From assembly GCA_002067865.1 (NCBI GenBank), contig MVRC01000011.1:136573-200572 (forward strand): DNA of 64,000 nucleotides, read 5' to 3'. Positions 1 through 10,211 of this stretch are shown piece after piece. The stretch comes from Methanomassiliicoccales archaeon PtaU1.Bin124 (lineage in GTDB: Archaea; Thermoplasmatota; Thermoplasmata; Methanomassiliicoccales; UBA472). A program made the translations under genes and the position numbers. The notes below the pieces were generated by a model, which was not told the origin of the DNA, searched no databases, and was given only the letters and a program-made list of their open reading frames with translations. The number at the start of each line of letters is the position of its first letter. The first letter of the stretch is position 1.

Positions 1-8
1 GTACCTGG

Positions 9-1412
9 CTATCCGAGGTTCTCCTTGGCCCAGGCGAACGCCGCCTTATACACCTTGCGGTTCTTCTCCACCAGCGCGGGCTTGGCCGCAAAGCTGGCGT
101 CCAGCGCGGCAAGTATCTCCGGTTCCGGCAGCCCGTGGAGGCCCAGTGCGGTCAGGGCGCCCAGCAAGGCCGTGTTGGCCGCCTTCGGCACCCCGTTCTC
201 CGCCGCGACCTTCATCGCAGGGAACGCATAGACCTTGACGCCCGATGGGACCGGCATTGTGAGCGGAATGCTGGCCTCATAGACCAGGGTGCCACCTGGC
301 CGGACTGTGGGCAGGAACTTCTCCAGCGAGGGCTGGTTCATCGCCACCAGTACGTCCGGGTTGTCCACGGTCGGAGATCCGACCTCCCTGCCGCTGATGA
401 CCACCGAGCATGAGGCTGACCCGCCCCTCTGCTCAGGACCGTACGAAGGGAACCAGGAGACGAAACGACCGGCAGAGCCGGCCGCCTCGGCAATGACCAG
501 TCCCAGGCTGAGGATGCCCTGTCCACCGAACCCCGAGAACTTGAACTTCTTCTCGCGGAACGATTCGTCCAGTTTGGCCTCCTTGCCGTTCCCGCTGCTG
601 TGGAACAGATCACCCAAGGTCTTCTGCGGTATCGGCTTGGGGGCCGGGGCAGGCATATCGCTCCTATCCCTCAGGCAACCCAGCGGGAAGACCTTCTCCA
701 TCTCGTTGGTGACGAAGTCGGCCGCCTGCAGCGCGTCCATGCGCCAGTTGGTCGGGCATTGGGAGAGGAACTCCACGAAGGCATATCCCTTCCCGTCCCG
801 CTGGATCTCCAGTGCCTTCCGCACTGCCTTCTTAGCCTGCATGATGCGCTTCGTGTCGGCCACCGAGACCCTTTCGATATAGACCGGCGCCTCCAGTTGG
901 TTGAAGACCTCTGAGATCTTAAGCGGGTATCCGGCCTTGACCACGTCGCGTCCGAACGGGGTGGTGGTGGTCTTCTGACCTGGCAGGGTGGTCGGGGCCA
1001 TCTGCCCGCCCGTCATGGCGAATATAGAGTTGTTGACGAAGAAGCAGGCGAACTTCTCTCCCCGGTTCGCCGCCTGGAACGCGTTGTTGAAGCCGATCGC
1101 CCCGAGGTCGCCGTCCCCCTGGTAGGCGATGACGACCTTGTCCGGCAGGGCGCGGCTTATGCCAGTGGCGACCGCCGATGCCCGTCCGTGCGGCCCCGCC
1201 ACGTTCCCGGTGTCGAAGTAATAGTAACAGAAAGCGGCGCAGCCGACCGGGCTGACGAACACCGCCCTGTCCTGCAGGCCCAGATCGGCGATCGCTTCCG
1301 CGATCAGCTTATGGATTATTCCATGCCCGCAGCCCGGGCAGAAATGGGTGGCCTTCGTTCCGGGCTCCCTGCGCTCGAACGTCTCATAGAATCCCTGTGC
1401 GCTCTTGATCAT
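9..1412 (-). CDS. vorA: 2-oxoacid:ferredoxin oxidoreductase beta+gamma fusion (2-oxoisovalerate oxidoreductase VorA type)
   Basis: N-terminal FCPGCGHG and TPP motif GDGDLGAIG (beta); C-terminal GFGGQGIL and SYGPEQRGG (gamma); operon with alpha and delta subunits. Confidence 0.85.
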   Translation of the reverse strand: MIKSAQGFYETFERREPGTKATHFCPGCGHGIIHKLIAEAIADLGLQDRAVFVSPVGCAAFCYYYFDTGNVAGPHGRASAVATGISRALPDKVVIAYQGDGDLGAIGFNNAFQAANRGEKFACFFVNNSIFAMTGGQMAPTTLPGQKTTTTPFGRDVVKAGYPLKISEVFNQLEAPVYIERVSVADTKRIMQAKKAVRKALEIQRDGKGYAFVEFLSQCPTNWRMDALQAADFVTNEMEKVFPLGCLRDRSDMPAPAPKPIPQKTLGDLFHSSGNGKEAKLDESFREKKFKFSGFGGQGILSLGLVIAEAAGSAGRFVSWFPSYGPEQRGGSASCSVVISGREVGSPTVDNPDVLVAMNQPSLEKFLPTVRPGGTLVYEASIPLTMPVPSGVKVYAFPAMKVAAENGVPKAANTALLGALTALGLHGLPEPEILAALDASFAAKPALVEKNRKVYKAAFAWAKENLG

Positions 1413-2461
1413 CAGTTCGCCCCCTTCAGCATGGACTTGGCCTTGGCCACGACCTCATCGACCTGCATCAGGTTCCCGCCCATGCGGTTCAGCAGGCCGA
1501 TCTCATTGCATCCTTCCAGGTGCAGCTTGACATCATCACGATACTGGCCGTTGCTCAGCTCCACCACCAGTATGGGCCTGTCCCTGACGGCCCGGTTAAG
1601 CTGGTCCGTCGGGAATGGCGAAAGGGTCTGGGGCCGGAACAGTCCTGCCTTGATGCCCTCGTCCCTCAGCGCGTCCACGGCCGAGCGGGCGATGCGGGCG
1701 CTGGTCCCGTAGCCGGTGAGGACGATGTCAGCGTCATCCACCTTGTAGGCCTTGGCCATTGCATCTGCATTCATCGTCTCGAACTTTCGCTGCAGCTGCC
1801 AGTTATGCTCCTCCATGAGGTCCGGGTCGAGATAGATGGAGGTGATGAGGTTCTTTCTCGTGCCAGCGTCCCCATGCACGGCCCAATCGGCCGTCTCCGG
1901 CCTCGCCCACACCTGGTCAGGATAGGTGAGGAACTCCATCATCTGTCCCAGTACGGCATCTGCCAGCACGACCGCGGGGTTGCGGTACTTGTAGGCCATC
2001 TGGAAGGCCTTGATGGTCAGGTCGCACATCTCCTGCACCGAGGCCGGGGCGAGGACGATGGTGCGGTAGTTGCCATGGCCCCCTCCCTTCACTGCCTGAT
2101 TGTAATCTCCCTGCTCCGGGCCGATGTTGCCCAGACCCGGGCCGACCCTCATGACATTGACGATGACGGCCGGCAGCTGTGCGCCCGACAGGTAGGACAT
2201 GCCCTCCTGCATCAGGCTGATCCCAGGGCCGGAGGAAGCGGTCATGGCCAGCTTGCCGGTCGACGCAGCCCCGAATATCATGTTGATGGCGCCGGTCTCG
2301 CATTCAGCCTGAAGGAACTCCTTGCCCAGCTGCGGGAAGTAATCGGCCGCGGCATGAGCGATATCGCTGGCCGGGGTGATAGGGTAACCAAAGTAGACGT
2401 CGCAGCCAGCATAGACCGCGCCGATGGTGACCGCCTCATTTCCCTTGACGAACGCCCTCAT
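1412..2461 (-). CDS. vorB: 2-oxoacid:ferredoxin oxidoreductase alpha subunit (VorB type)
   Basis: GNEAV...[11 protein letters not shown] and [13 protein letters not shown] motifs; overlaps neighbours as in an operon. Confidence 0.85.
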   Translation of the reverse strand: MRAFVKGNEAVTIGAVYAGCDVYFGYPITPASDIAHAAADYFPQLGKEFLQAECETGAINMIFGAASTGKLAMTASSGPGISLMQEGMSYLSGAQLPAVIVNVMRVGPGLGNIGPEQGDYNQAVKGGGHGNYRTIVLAPASVQEMCDLTIKAFQMAYKYRNPAVVLADAVLGQMMEFLTYPDQVWARPETADWAVHGDAGTRKNLITSIYLDPDLMEEHNWQLQRKFETMNADAMAKAYKVDDADIVLTGYGTSARIARSAVDALRDEGIKAGLFRPQTLSPFPTDQLNRAVRDRPILVVELSNGQYRDDVKLHLEGCNEIGLLNRMGGNLMQVDEVVAKAKSMLKGAN

Positions 2462-2697
2462 GCTCCCGCCCCCTTGTCCGCCTTATGCACTTCGATCGCA
2501 TATGGTTCGGGGCAGTTGTAGAAGCATATGAAACAGCCAGTGCATCCCTCTCCCCCATACTCCGCATAGGTGTACCCCCTGCGGTTGAGCTTCCCCGAGG
2601 TTCTTATGGCCTTCTTGGGGCAGGCAGCTATGCAGCGGCCGCATCCCTTGCATTCGTCCCTGATTATCACTGGATAAGGAAGAGGCGGTTGGGTCAT
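2458..2697 (-). CDS. vorC: 2x[4Fe-4S] ferredoxin, delta subunit (VorC type)
   Basis: [12 protein letters not shown] and [12 protein letters not shown] motifs; first gene of the vor operon. Confidence 0.85.
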   Translation of the reverse strand: MTQPPLPYPVIIRDECKGCGRCIAACPKKAIRTSGKLNRRGYTYAEYGGEGCTGCFICFYNCPEPYAIEVHKADKGAGA

Positions 2698-2765
2698 GAT
2701 TATCGCGACCCATCGGCAAGAAAGTAGAGGATACTTAATGGTTCACAAATATCCTGCTGGCCATC

Positions 2766-3359
2766 TCATTTGGAGAACTCTAGGAAGAACGTGTCCCCCA
2801 TCTTCGCCTGCCTGATCTCCTTCAGGCCGACCTTGGTGGCGAGGGCTTCGAAGTCCTTCAGTTCCTGGTCATGGCTCCAGCATTCATAATGCGTTTCGAC
2901 GGTCCTGCTTGGCATGACCACTGTAAGGGGGAATGTCATGGACTTCCACCCGCCTTCGGTCTTGGCCTTTTCGAAGGTCATGTCCCAGATAAGGAACCGG
3001 CCTTCGGGTTTCAGCACTCTTGCGACCTCACGGAACACAGCGCCATGGAGCTCGGGCGGTATCGACATCAATGAGAAGAACGACGCCACCGAGTTGAACG
3101 ATGAATTGACGAACTTCAGGTCCTTTGCGTCCATGACGATCTTGAGGGCATCGTTGTGGACCTCGGACAGCTCCTCCTTGCTGAGATCGATGGAGACGAC
3201 CCTCCAGCCGCCCAATTGGCCGATTATGCCCTCCCCTCCGCCTCCGATATCGAGGACCAGTCCTTCAGGGAAGGATATGCCCCTCATATCTACCGTCTGG
3301 TGCGGGAAATGGAGCTTCTCTCCCCTCGGGGCCTTATGCTCGGACATAGTGCAAAGCAT
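2766..3359 (-). CDS. class I SAM-dependent methyltransferase
   Basis: VLDIGGGGEG motif I, VARVLKPEGRFLI motif; start could be ATG at 3347. Confidence 0.75.
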   Translation of the reverse strand: MLCTMSEHKAPRGEKLHFPHQTVDMRGISFPEGLVLDIGGGGEGIIGQLGGWRVVSIDLSKEELSEVHNDALKIVMDAKDLKFVNSSFNSVASFFSLMSIPPELHGAVFREVARVLKPEGRFLIWDMTFEKAKTEGGWKSMTFPLTVVMPSRTVETHYECWSHDQELKDFEALATKVGLKEIRQAKMGDTFFLEFSK

Positions 3360-3414
3360 AGCAGGGTTAGAACTTAGTATTTACCATTGATAGGGTAGAG
3401 CGAGGTGCGTGTTA

Positions 3415-4299
3415 TCATTCCACACGGTGGAAGAATCCCCTAACCGCCCTCGAGAACTCCGACGGTCGTTCCAGATGGTGCATATGAGAGGCCTTCGGGA
3501 AGATGACCATCTCGGCATTGGGCGTGATATCCAGATATTTCCGGACGCCGCATGGTGCAGCCTCGTCGAACTCTCCGCAGGTGTAGAGGACCGGAACGTC
3601 TAGCCCCCTCAGCACGTTCCTGTTGTCGAAGTCCTTCAGTGTCCCAGTACAAGTAAACTCCGATGGTCCCCACATGGTGCGGTACACGGCCTGTCCCATC
3701 TTCTCGAACGTGCGGTTGACGATCTCAGGCCATGGATCGACCCGGCAAACATGGCGGCGGTAATATTCCATCATCGCCTCCTGATAACCGGGGTCATCAA
3801 AGGTACCTGAGGATTCTGCCTTCCAGATCCGGTCCCTCATCTCTTCTGGCAGGGAGGAGATATGACCTCTTGCCCCATCCAGGAATATCTTGGTGCTGAT
3901 GGCCGGTCCGGACATCACCGTGCTGACGATGCCATCCTGTCCATGCTCTTCCAGATATGAGGTCAGCAGCATCGTCCCCCAAGAACAACCCATGACGTGC
4001 ATCTCTTCCAGACCAAGACCGGTCCTTACCAGATGTAGCTCCTCTACGAACCTATCGACCGTCCAAAGGCCGTTGTCCTCCGGCCTTTCCGAATTGCCGC
4101 ATCCCAGCTGGTCGTAGAAGATGACCTGACGCTCGTCCGCCAGATCTCTCAATGGCAGGAGGAAGTCGTGTGGAGCTCCAGGACCGCCATGAAGCACCAG
4201 GAGCGGCGGCCTTTCCGTCCTCCGACCGACGCGAAGGAACCAGACCTTTCCACCTGGGACATCCACCCAGCCCCCTTCTTTTATGGGCGCGACCGCCAT
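3415..4299 (-). CDS. pip: proline iminopeptidase family alpha/beta hydrolase (tricorn factor F1-like)
   Basis: LHGGPG, YDQLGCG, GCSWG nucleophile elbow; start trimmed to ATG at 4299. Confidence 0.85.
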   Translation of the reverse strand: MAVAPIKEGGWVDVPGGKVWFLRVGRRTERPPLLVLHGGPGAPHDFLLPLRDLADERQVIFYDQLGCGNSERPEDNGLWTVDRFVEELHLVRTGLGLEEMHVMGCSWGTMLLTSYLEEHGQDGIVSTVMSGPAISTKIFLDGARGHISSLPEEMRDRIWKAESSGTFDDPGYQEAMMEYYRRHVCRVDPWPEIVNRTFEKMGQAVYRTMWGPSEFTCTGTLKDFDNRNVLRGLDVPVLYTCGEFDEAAPCGVRKYLDITPNAEMVIFPKASHMHHLERPSEFSRAVRGFFHRVE

Positions 4300-4389
4300 G
4301 ACCCTTCCAGAACCACCGTCGTATTTGTTCGTTATCCGCCGGATATCAACCATTATAATCCAAGCAAGGGCATGCCCTGGTGTGCGCCA

Positions 4390-5244
4390 ATGGGTCTAAG
4401 GACAGACATCGCCCTTCGCCTGGTGAAAGGCTCCTTCAACGGCCGCTTCAAGATCGCCAGGATGACCAGGATACCAGTCGTGGGCCATGCCATAGATTTT
4501 GCCTTCTTCCAGGATGACGATATCATCATCCTGCCCAAGGACCAGGTGTTCGCCGAGGCCAAGAAACGGACCATCAAGATGGACGTGGAGATAGGCCACG
4601 AGAACATGGTGCTTCCTTCTCAGGCGATCGATCACTTCCTGGACCGTTCCAGGTACATCTTCCTCATGGACAAATGCGTGTGCCGGGATGCCAATCAATG
4701 CGAGCATTACCCCCGGGAGGTCGGCTGCATCTTTCTGGGGCGGGGCACGAAAAGGATCCCCCCTCACCTTGGCCATATGATCGGCAAGGATGAGGCGAAG
4801 GAGCATCTTCGCAAGGCCAGGGAGGCGGGATTGGTCCATCTCATCGGCCGGGACAAGATCGACAGCGTGGTCTTCTCGACCGGTCCGAAGGAAGAGCTGC
4901 TCTCTATCTGTTCATGTTGTCCCTGCTGTTGCCTCTGGAAGATGGTGCCCGACCTCGATCCGAGGATCGGGCAGACCCTCACCCGCATGCCTGGGGTGGA
5001 GGTAGCTGCGGACCTGGGGAGATGCAAGGGCTGCGGCCGCTGCGTCAAGGAGAACGTCTGTTATGTCCGTGCCCTGTCCATGGAGGATGGTAAGGTCCGT
5101 CTTGACAGGTCCATATGCAAGGGCTGTGGGAGATGTGTGGAGTTCTGCCCCCACAAGGCGATGTCCTTAAGCATCACCGATGAGGGGTACCTCGAGGAGA
5201 CCATCAAACGCATCCAGCCCCTGGTGGACATAGAGTCCGAGTAA
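4390..5244 (+). CDS. Fe-S protein with Cys-rich domain (ICSCCPCCC) and C-terminal 2x[4Fe-4S] ferredoxin
   Basis: CKGCGRC...C and CKGCGRCVEFCP motifs; start trimmed to ATG at 4390 because the upstream part overlaps pip antisense. Confidence 0.75.
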   Translation: MGLRTDIALRLVKGSFNGRFKIARMTRIPVVGHAIDFAFFQDDDIIILPKDQVFAEAKKRTIKMDVEIGHENMVLPSQAIDHFLDRSRYIFLMDKCVCRDANQCEHYPREVGCIFLGRGTKRIPPHLGHMIGKDEAKEHLRKAREAGLVHLIGRDKIDSVVFSTGPKEELLSICSCCPCCCLWKMVPDLDPRIGQTLTRMPGVEVAADLGRCKGCGRCVKENVCYVRALSMEDGKVRLDRSICKGCGRCVEFCPHKAMSLSITDEGYLEETIKRIQPLVDIESE

Positions 5245-5299
5245 CCCAGAAGGATTATAAGGGCAGGCGTTGCATCATTGAACCGTCAGGGGTTCAGGC

Positions 5300-6667
5300 A
5301 TGATCGTGCAGAAGGTCAGGTCCGAAGGTATCGCCCACCTATCCTATTTCATCGGCCAGGGAGCTGATGCGGCGGTCATCGACCCGCGCAGGGACATCGA
5401 TGAGTATCTGGAGCTGGCCGCAAGGAACGAGATGAACATCAAGTTGATCCTCGAGACCCATAGGAACGAGGACTATGTGGTCGGGTCGTTGGAGCTGGCC
5501 GCCGCCACCGGGGCAAAGATCCTGCACGGCGGGCAGCAGTTCTTCAAGTACGGGGGCGAGGTGAAGGACGGGCAGGAGCTGATGGTCGGGAATCTACGCA
5601 TAAAGGCGCTCCATACGCCCGGCCATACGGCCGAATCTTTCTCATACGTGCTTTACGACCCATCCTCGTCCTCCAGTCCGATCATGGTCTTCACTGGGGA
5701 CGCCCTCATGGTCAACGAAGTGGGCCGCACGGACCTGATGGGAGCCGAAGCGAAGGAGAGGGCGGCATCGGACCTCTTCGACAGCATCAACAACAAGATC
5801 CTGCCGCTCGGCCCGCAGACAATCATATGCCCGGCCCATGGGGCCGGTTCCGTCTGCGCCACTCAGATCGTGGAAAGGGAGGAAAGCACACTGGGCATCG
5901 AGGCGATGTCCAACCCGATGCTCCGCCTCAGCAGACCCGATTTCATATCAAAGAAGCTGGGGGAGAGCCTGGAGATATCTCCCATCTTCAGGTCGATGGA
6001 GGTCTGGAACCTGGAGGGCGCTAAGGTACTTGGCAGGCTGCCATCCCCTCAGCCCCTGTCGCCCAAGGAGATAAAGCATGCCATGGTCAAGGGGGCCTTC
6101 CTCCTCGACGTTCGGCAGCCATACAGCTTCGCCGGGGCGCACATCCCAGGGGCGACCAACCTGTATGTCGACTTCCTTCCTGTTTATTCTGGCTATGTAA
6201 TCACTCCCGACCGGCCCATCGCGCTCATCGCCGAAGGGCATTGTCAACTGGAACAGGCCGTGAGGTATCTGGTCCGGCAGGGATATGATTCCTTTGCTGG
6301 ATATCTTCGTGTGGGCATGGACCTATGGTCGAAGCAGGGGAACGAGATCGCCACCATGGACATGGTCACCGCCAAGGACCTTATGGCTATGATCAAAAGG
6401 GGCGACGACATCATCATCCTCGACGTTAGGGACAAGAGGGAAACGGCCAAGGGAGGGATCGACGAGGCCAAGATATTGCACCTGGGAGAGATACAGTCCA
6501 GATTGGCCGAGGTCCCGAAGAACAAGATGATCGTGACCTATTGCGGCTCGGGGTTCAGAGGAAGCTGTGCGGCCAGTCTCTTGCTTAGGAACGGATACTC
6601 CAAGGTGGCCAATCTACACGGCGGCTACGCGGCATGGCAGAGCTATCTACAGTCATCTTCAAGGTGA
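5300..6667 (+). CDS. MBL-fold metallo-hydrolase fused to two rhodanese domains
   Basis: ETHRNEDY, HTPGHT, FTGD, CPAHGAG; C-terminal rhodanese loop YCGSGFRG. Confidence 0.85.
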   Translation: MIVQKVRSEGIAHLSYFIGQGADAAVIDPRRDIDEYLELAARNEMNIKLILETHRNEDYVVGSLELAAATGAKILHGGQQFFKYGGEVKDGQELMVGNLRIKALHTPGHTAESFSYVLYDPSSSSSPIMVFTGDALMVNEVGRTDLMGAEAKERAASDLFDSINNKILPLGPQTIICPAHGAGSVCATQIVEREESTLGIEAMSNPMLRLSRPDFISKKLGESLEISPIFRSMEVWNLEGAKVLGRLPSPQPLSPKEIKHAMVKGAFLLDVRQPYSFAGAHIPGATNLYVDFLPVYSGYVITPDRPIALIAEGHCQLEQAVRYLVRQGYDSFAGYLRVGMDLWSKQGNEIATMDMVTAKDLMAMIKRGDDIIILDVRDKRETAKGGIDEAKILHLGEIQSRLAEVPKNKMIVTYCGSGFRGSCAASLLLRNGYSKVANLHGGYAAWQSYLQSSSR

Positions 6668-6669
6668 CC

Positions 6670-7053
6670 TTAGGATTTTATGAACTTGAGATAGCTGACG
6701 CCATCCACCCTTTCCAGCTCGTCGATGATGGTGTTGACCTCCCCCGCCTCTCCGCTCACTATGAGAACGTTCATGCAGCGGTCCGGTCCTACGTGGTTGT
6801 GGATGTGCGTGCGGATCATCTTCTGATGCTCGTGATAGCATTCGTCGATATGGTCGGAAGATCCCTTCTCCGTGACGACGATCAGGACTCCATCGACGTT
6901 CCCCACCATCTTCTTCCGCTCGTTCCTCTCTGCGACCAGCATGCGGAGTGCCGTTCTCACCGCCTCTGAGCGACCAGAGAAACCAAGGTCCTTCTGGACA
7001 TCATCCAGGTCCTTGATGTTCTGCTCATTGAGCGAGATGCTGATGACGGTCAT
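6670..7053 (-). CDS. nikR: NikR-family RHH/ACT metalloregulator
   Basis: RHH N-terminus (ISISL...SGRSEAVRTALR); H-x10-H-x-H-x5-C spacing matches E. coli NikR His76/His87/His89/Cys95. Confidence 0.8.
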   Translation of the reverse strand: MTVISISLNEQNIKDLDDVQKDLGFSGRSEAVRTALRMLVAERNERKKMVGNVDGVLIVVTEKGSSDHIDECYHEHQKMIRTHIHNHVGPDRCMNVLIVSGEAGEVNTIIDELERVDGVSYLKFIKS

Positions 7054-7062
7054 TGTGATCCA

Positions 7063-7100
7063 GTATGCATGTTATTAACAAATATTAAAAACATTCATAC
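7063..7100. promoter_or_regulatory. candidate NikR-type operator (11-bp inverted repeat, 16-bp spacer)
   Basis: GTATGCATGTT (7063-7073) - N16 - AACATTCATAC (7090-7100), 1 mismatch, between divergent regulator and ABC operon. Confidence 0.55.
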
Positions 7101-7151
7101 ATTCTTAATAGCAAAATTGATAATATGTAATAATATCATGATTTCGAGAAG

Positions 7152-8486
7152 ATGATTCCCCGCAAGGTCGTCACGGTCATGGTGATCGTCATACTGGTGG
7201 TCTCCAGTATCACCGCTCTATCGCTCATCGAGGTCGGCGATCCATTCGGGAGCGACCGGACCACGGTCGTCACCACCTTCTATCCGCTGTACTTCTTCAC
7301 CAGTAAGATCGCCGGGGACAGGGCCGATGTGAAGGTGCTGATCCCGGACAATGCAGAGCCTCATTCCTGGAGCGCCACCGCATCGGACCTGATCAGCGTC
7401 AGCTCGGCGGACATGTTCGTGTACAACGGGGCCGGGTTCGAACCTTGGGCCACCAGCTTCCTCGGTATTCTTCCGCAGAACGCGGTCATCGTGGACACCA
7501 GCAAGAACGTCGATCTGGTGCTTTCGGAGGAGATCGCCGAGCTGTTCGACAACGCCACTGACACCATGGCCAAAGGCCCGTTCACCGACGTCGTGGCCGT
7601 CGGGGTCGATGGAACGGCCGTCCCTTCCGTGGCTTTGGGCCAGGGATGCTATAACATCACCCTGCTCAACAACGGCACTGCCTACGAAGGCAAGTTCTCG
7701 CTCTCTGTCAATCAAATGAACGATTTCAGATTGTTCTTCGATTCCGCTGCCGAGATCACTCTAACATACGAGAATGGCACAGCGGTCGGGCTCGAGGCAA
7801 ACCTGGGGGTCATCGAAGGATATGAACAGTTCAGCGAGTCCCTGTTCCTCGAGTTGGAGCCCGGAAATGCCATCGTCACCGTGAAGAACTGCACGTCCGG
7901 TCAGCTGCATATGACAACGGTGGTTCCCGCCTCCGAGGGGGGCGAGGGAGAGCACGAGCACGGCCTCAATGACCCTCACTTCTGGCTGGACCCGGTCAGC
8001 GCCATAGTGCAGGTGCAGAGCATCCTCTCCGGCCTGATCAAGGTGGACCCGGGGAACGCAACGTACTATGGTCACAACGCGGACGACCTCATCCTCAAGC
8101 TGCAGAAATTGAATGACGATTATTTCACTGGCCTGGCCAACCGAACAAAGAACGCCATCATCACCACGCATGAAGGGTTCAACTATCTGGCCTTGAGGTA
8201 CAACTTCACCGCCTATGCGGCCATCGGCATCTCTGCCGATGCGATGCCCAGTGCCAACGACATTGCCAATCTCTGCAATCTGGCTAAGAGCCTGGACCTC
8301 CACTACGTGTTCAGCGAACCGGTATTCAGCGATACGGTCATCCGGACGATCGCGGCGGAGACCGGGACGCAGGTGCTGGTTCTGGACGGGGCCCACGGTC
8401 GAACCGGCGTCCATGCGCACATGGACTACTTTCAAATGATGTATGCTAACCTTGAAGCGTTGAAGATCGGACTGGAGGTAAGGTGA
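7152..8486 (+). CDS. znuA: Zn/Mn-type (cluster A-I) ABC transporter substrate-binding protein with large internal insertion
   Basis: N-terminal TM anchor; VVTTFYPLY, EPHSW, DPHFWLDP, THEGF, FSEP ligand motifs. Confidence 0.8.
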   Translation: MIPRKVVTVMVIVILVVSSITALSLIEVGDPFGSDRTTVVTTFYPLYFFTSKIAGDRADVKVLIPDNAEPHSWSATASDLISVSSADMFVYNGAGFEPWATSFLGILPQNAVIVDTSKNVDLVLSEEIAELFDNATDTMAKGPFTDVVAVGVDGTAVPSVALGQGCYNITLLNNGTAYEGKFSLSVNQMNDFRLFFDSAAEITLTYENGTAVGLEANLGVIEGYEQFSESLFLELEPGNAIVTVKNCTSGQLHMTTVVPASEGGEGEHEHGLNDPHFWLDPVSAIVQVQSILSGLIKVDPGNATYYGHNADDLILKLQKLNDDYFTGLANRTKNAIITTHEGFNYLALRYNFTAYAAIGISADAMPSANDIANLCNLAKSLDLHYVFSEPVFSDTVIRTIAAETGTQVLVLDGAHGRTGVHAHMDYFQMMYANLEALKIGLEVR

Positions 8487-8490
8487 TCCC

Positions 8491-9279
8491 ATGACAGAGG
8501 CAATATTCGAGCTAAAGGGGGTCGTGGCCAAATATGGCGAGCTGCGAGCCTTGGACGATGTCAGTTTCCGCATTGAGAAAGGGGATGTGGTGGGCGTCGT
8601 CGGCCCGAACGGGGGCGGGAAGACCACCCTGCTCAATGTCATGCTGGGCAACCTTCCGATCGTGGCCGGGTCCGTGAAGGTGTTCGGCCGGAACATACGC
8701 GAGTTCAAGGAATGGCATCGCATCGGCTACGTGGCACAGCACGCTATCCAGTTCGACCCCATCTTCCCCGCCACCGTGGAGGAGATAGTCTCCTTGGGAT
8801 GCCTTTCCCGCAAGCATATCGGCAAGCGCCTCAGTGCGGAGGACAAGGAAGAGGTGAAGCGCGCCCTGGAGCTGGTCGACCTTCTGCCCCAGAGGAACAG
8901 GCGCATCGGGCAGCTGTCTGGCGGACAGAAGCAACGGATCTTCATAGCCAAGGCCTTGGTCAAGAGGCCGGAGGTTCTAATACTGGACGAGGCCACGGCT
9001 GGCCTTGACATCTGCATCCAGGACCGTTTCATCGACCTCATCCGGAGGATGAAGGCGGAGAGGGACATCACCGTGGTCACCGTCTCCCACGACCTCTCCG
9101 GCGTACTGTGTCAAGCCAACAAACTGGCCGTGGTCAATAAGAAGGTGTATTGGCAGGAGATCGACGAGAAGTCGAATCCGGAGATCGCCCTAAGGCAGGC
9201 ATATGGGGAGCACTTCACCTTCGTGTTCCACAGCCACCATCATTGTGAACAACCACCCATCAAGATCAAGGAGGGCTAA
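8491..9279 (+). CDS. znuC: metal ABC transporter ATP-binding protein
   Basis: GPNGGGKTT, LSGGQKQR, LILDEAT; His-rich tail FHSHHHCE. Confidence 0.85.
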   Translation: MTEAIFELKGVVAKYGELRALDDVSFRIEKGDVVGVVGPNGGGKTTLLNVMLGNLPIVAGSVKVFGRNIREFKEWHRIGYVAQHAIQFDPIFPATVEEIVSLGCLSRKHIGKRLSAEDKEEVKRALELVDLLPQRNRRIGQLSGGQKQRIFIAKALVKRPEVLILDEATAGLDICIQDRFIDLIRRMKAERDITVVTVSHDLSGVLCQANKLAVVNKKVYWQEIDEKSNPEIALRQAYGEHFTFVFHSHHHCEQPPIKIKEG

Positions 9280-9281
9280 AG

Positions 9282-10139
9282 ATGAACGCGCTCGAGGCGT
9301 TGATCGAGATGTTCTCCTTCACGTTCGTCCAGAACGGTCTGATCGGAGGAGTGGCGGCGGCATTGATTTGCGCCATGCTCGGCGTGTTCATCGCCCTGAA
9401 GAGGGCCTCGCTCATAGGGGAGGGGCTGGCCCATCTCTCCTTCGGAGGCATAGCGGTCGGTCTGTTCGCAGGGATATACCCGCTCTACACGGCCTTGCTC
9501 CTGGCCCTCCTGGGCACCGTGGCGATATCGTACCTTCAGAAGAAGCGTCTCGTTTATTACGAGACCGCGATCGGCATCATATTCTCCTTCGGCCTGGCAT
9601 TGGGGGCCGTCCTTGCCAGCATGTCCGGGGGGTTCAACGTGGACCTGTTCTCCTATCTGTTTGGGGACATCCTCACCATCAGCTATCAGGACCTGGCCTT
9701 GGTCGTCATGCTGACGGTGGTCGTGGTGGCGTTCACCCTGCTGTTCTACAAGGAGATGATGCAGATGACGTTCGACGAACAGGGCGCAAGACTGGCGGGA
9801 GTACCGACCGGCCTTTTCGACATGGCCTTCAACATCATGACAGCCTTGGCCGTGGTCGTTTCCATCAAGATCGTCGGGTCGCTCCTCGTTTCCTCGCTGC
9901 TGATAATCCCGGCCGCCTCGGCGCTGCAGATCACGAGATCGTTCCGTACCACTGTCGTTTACAGCGCCGCCATCTCTGTGTTCTGCGTGGTGTTCGGCCT
10001 CTTTGCGTCGTTCTTCTACGACATAGCGACCGGCGGTGCGATCGTGCTGATCAACATCTTGGTCTTCGTCATCCTGGTCATCTCCCGCAAATTCTTCGTC
10101 AAGACCGTTTCCATCGAGGAGGACAAGCCTTGCGATTGA
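9282..10139 (+). CDS. znuB: metal ABC transporter permease (ABC-3 family)
   Basis: GEGLAHLSFGG, SYLFGDIL, VVSIKIVGSLLVSSLLIIPA motifs. Confidence 0.85.
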   Translation: MNALEALIEMFSFTFVQNGLIGGVAAALICAMLGVFIALKRASLIGEGLAHLSFGGIAVGLFAGIYPLYTALLLALLGTVAISYLQKKRLVYYETAIGIIFSFGLALGAVLASMSGGFNVDLFSYLFGDILTISYQDLALVVMLTVVVVAFTLLFYKEMMQMTFDEQGARLAGVPTGLFDMAFNIMTALAVVVSIKIVGSLLVSSLLIIPAASALQITRSFRTTVVYSAAISVFCVVFGLFASFFYDIATGGAIVLINILVFVILVISRKFFVKTVSIEEDKPCD

Positions 10140-10211
10140 AAAGCGATGCTGGCATAGATCAAGGAGATCGTCTTGTGCTTAGGAAATGCCTAAAAAATGA
10201 AATGAATCAAC

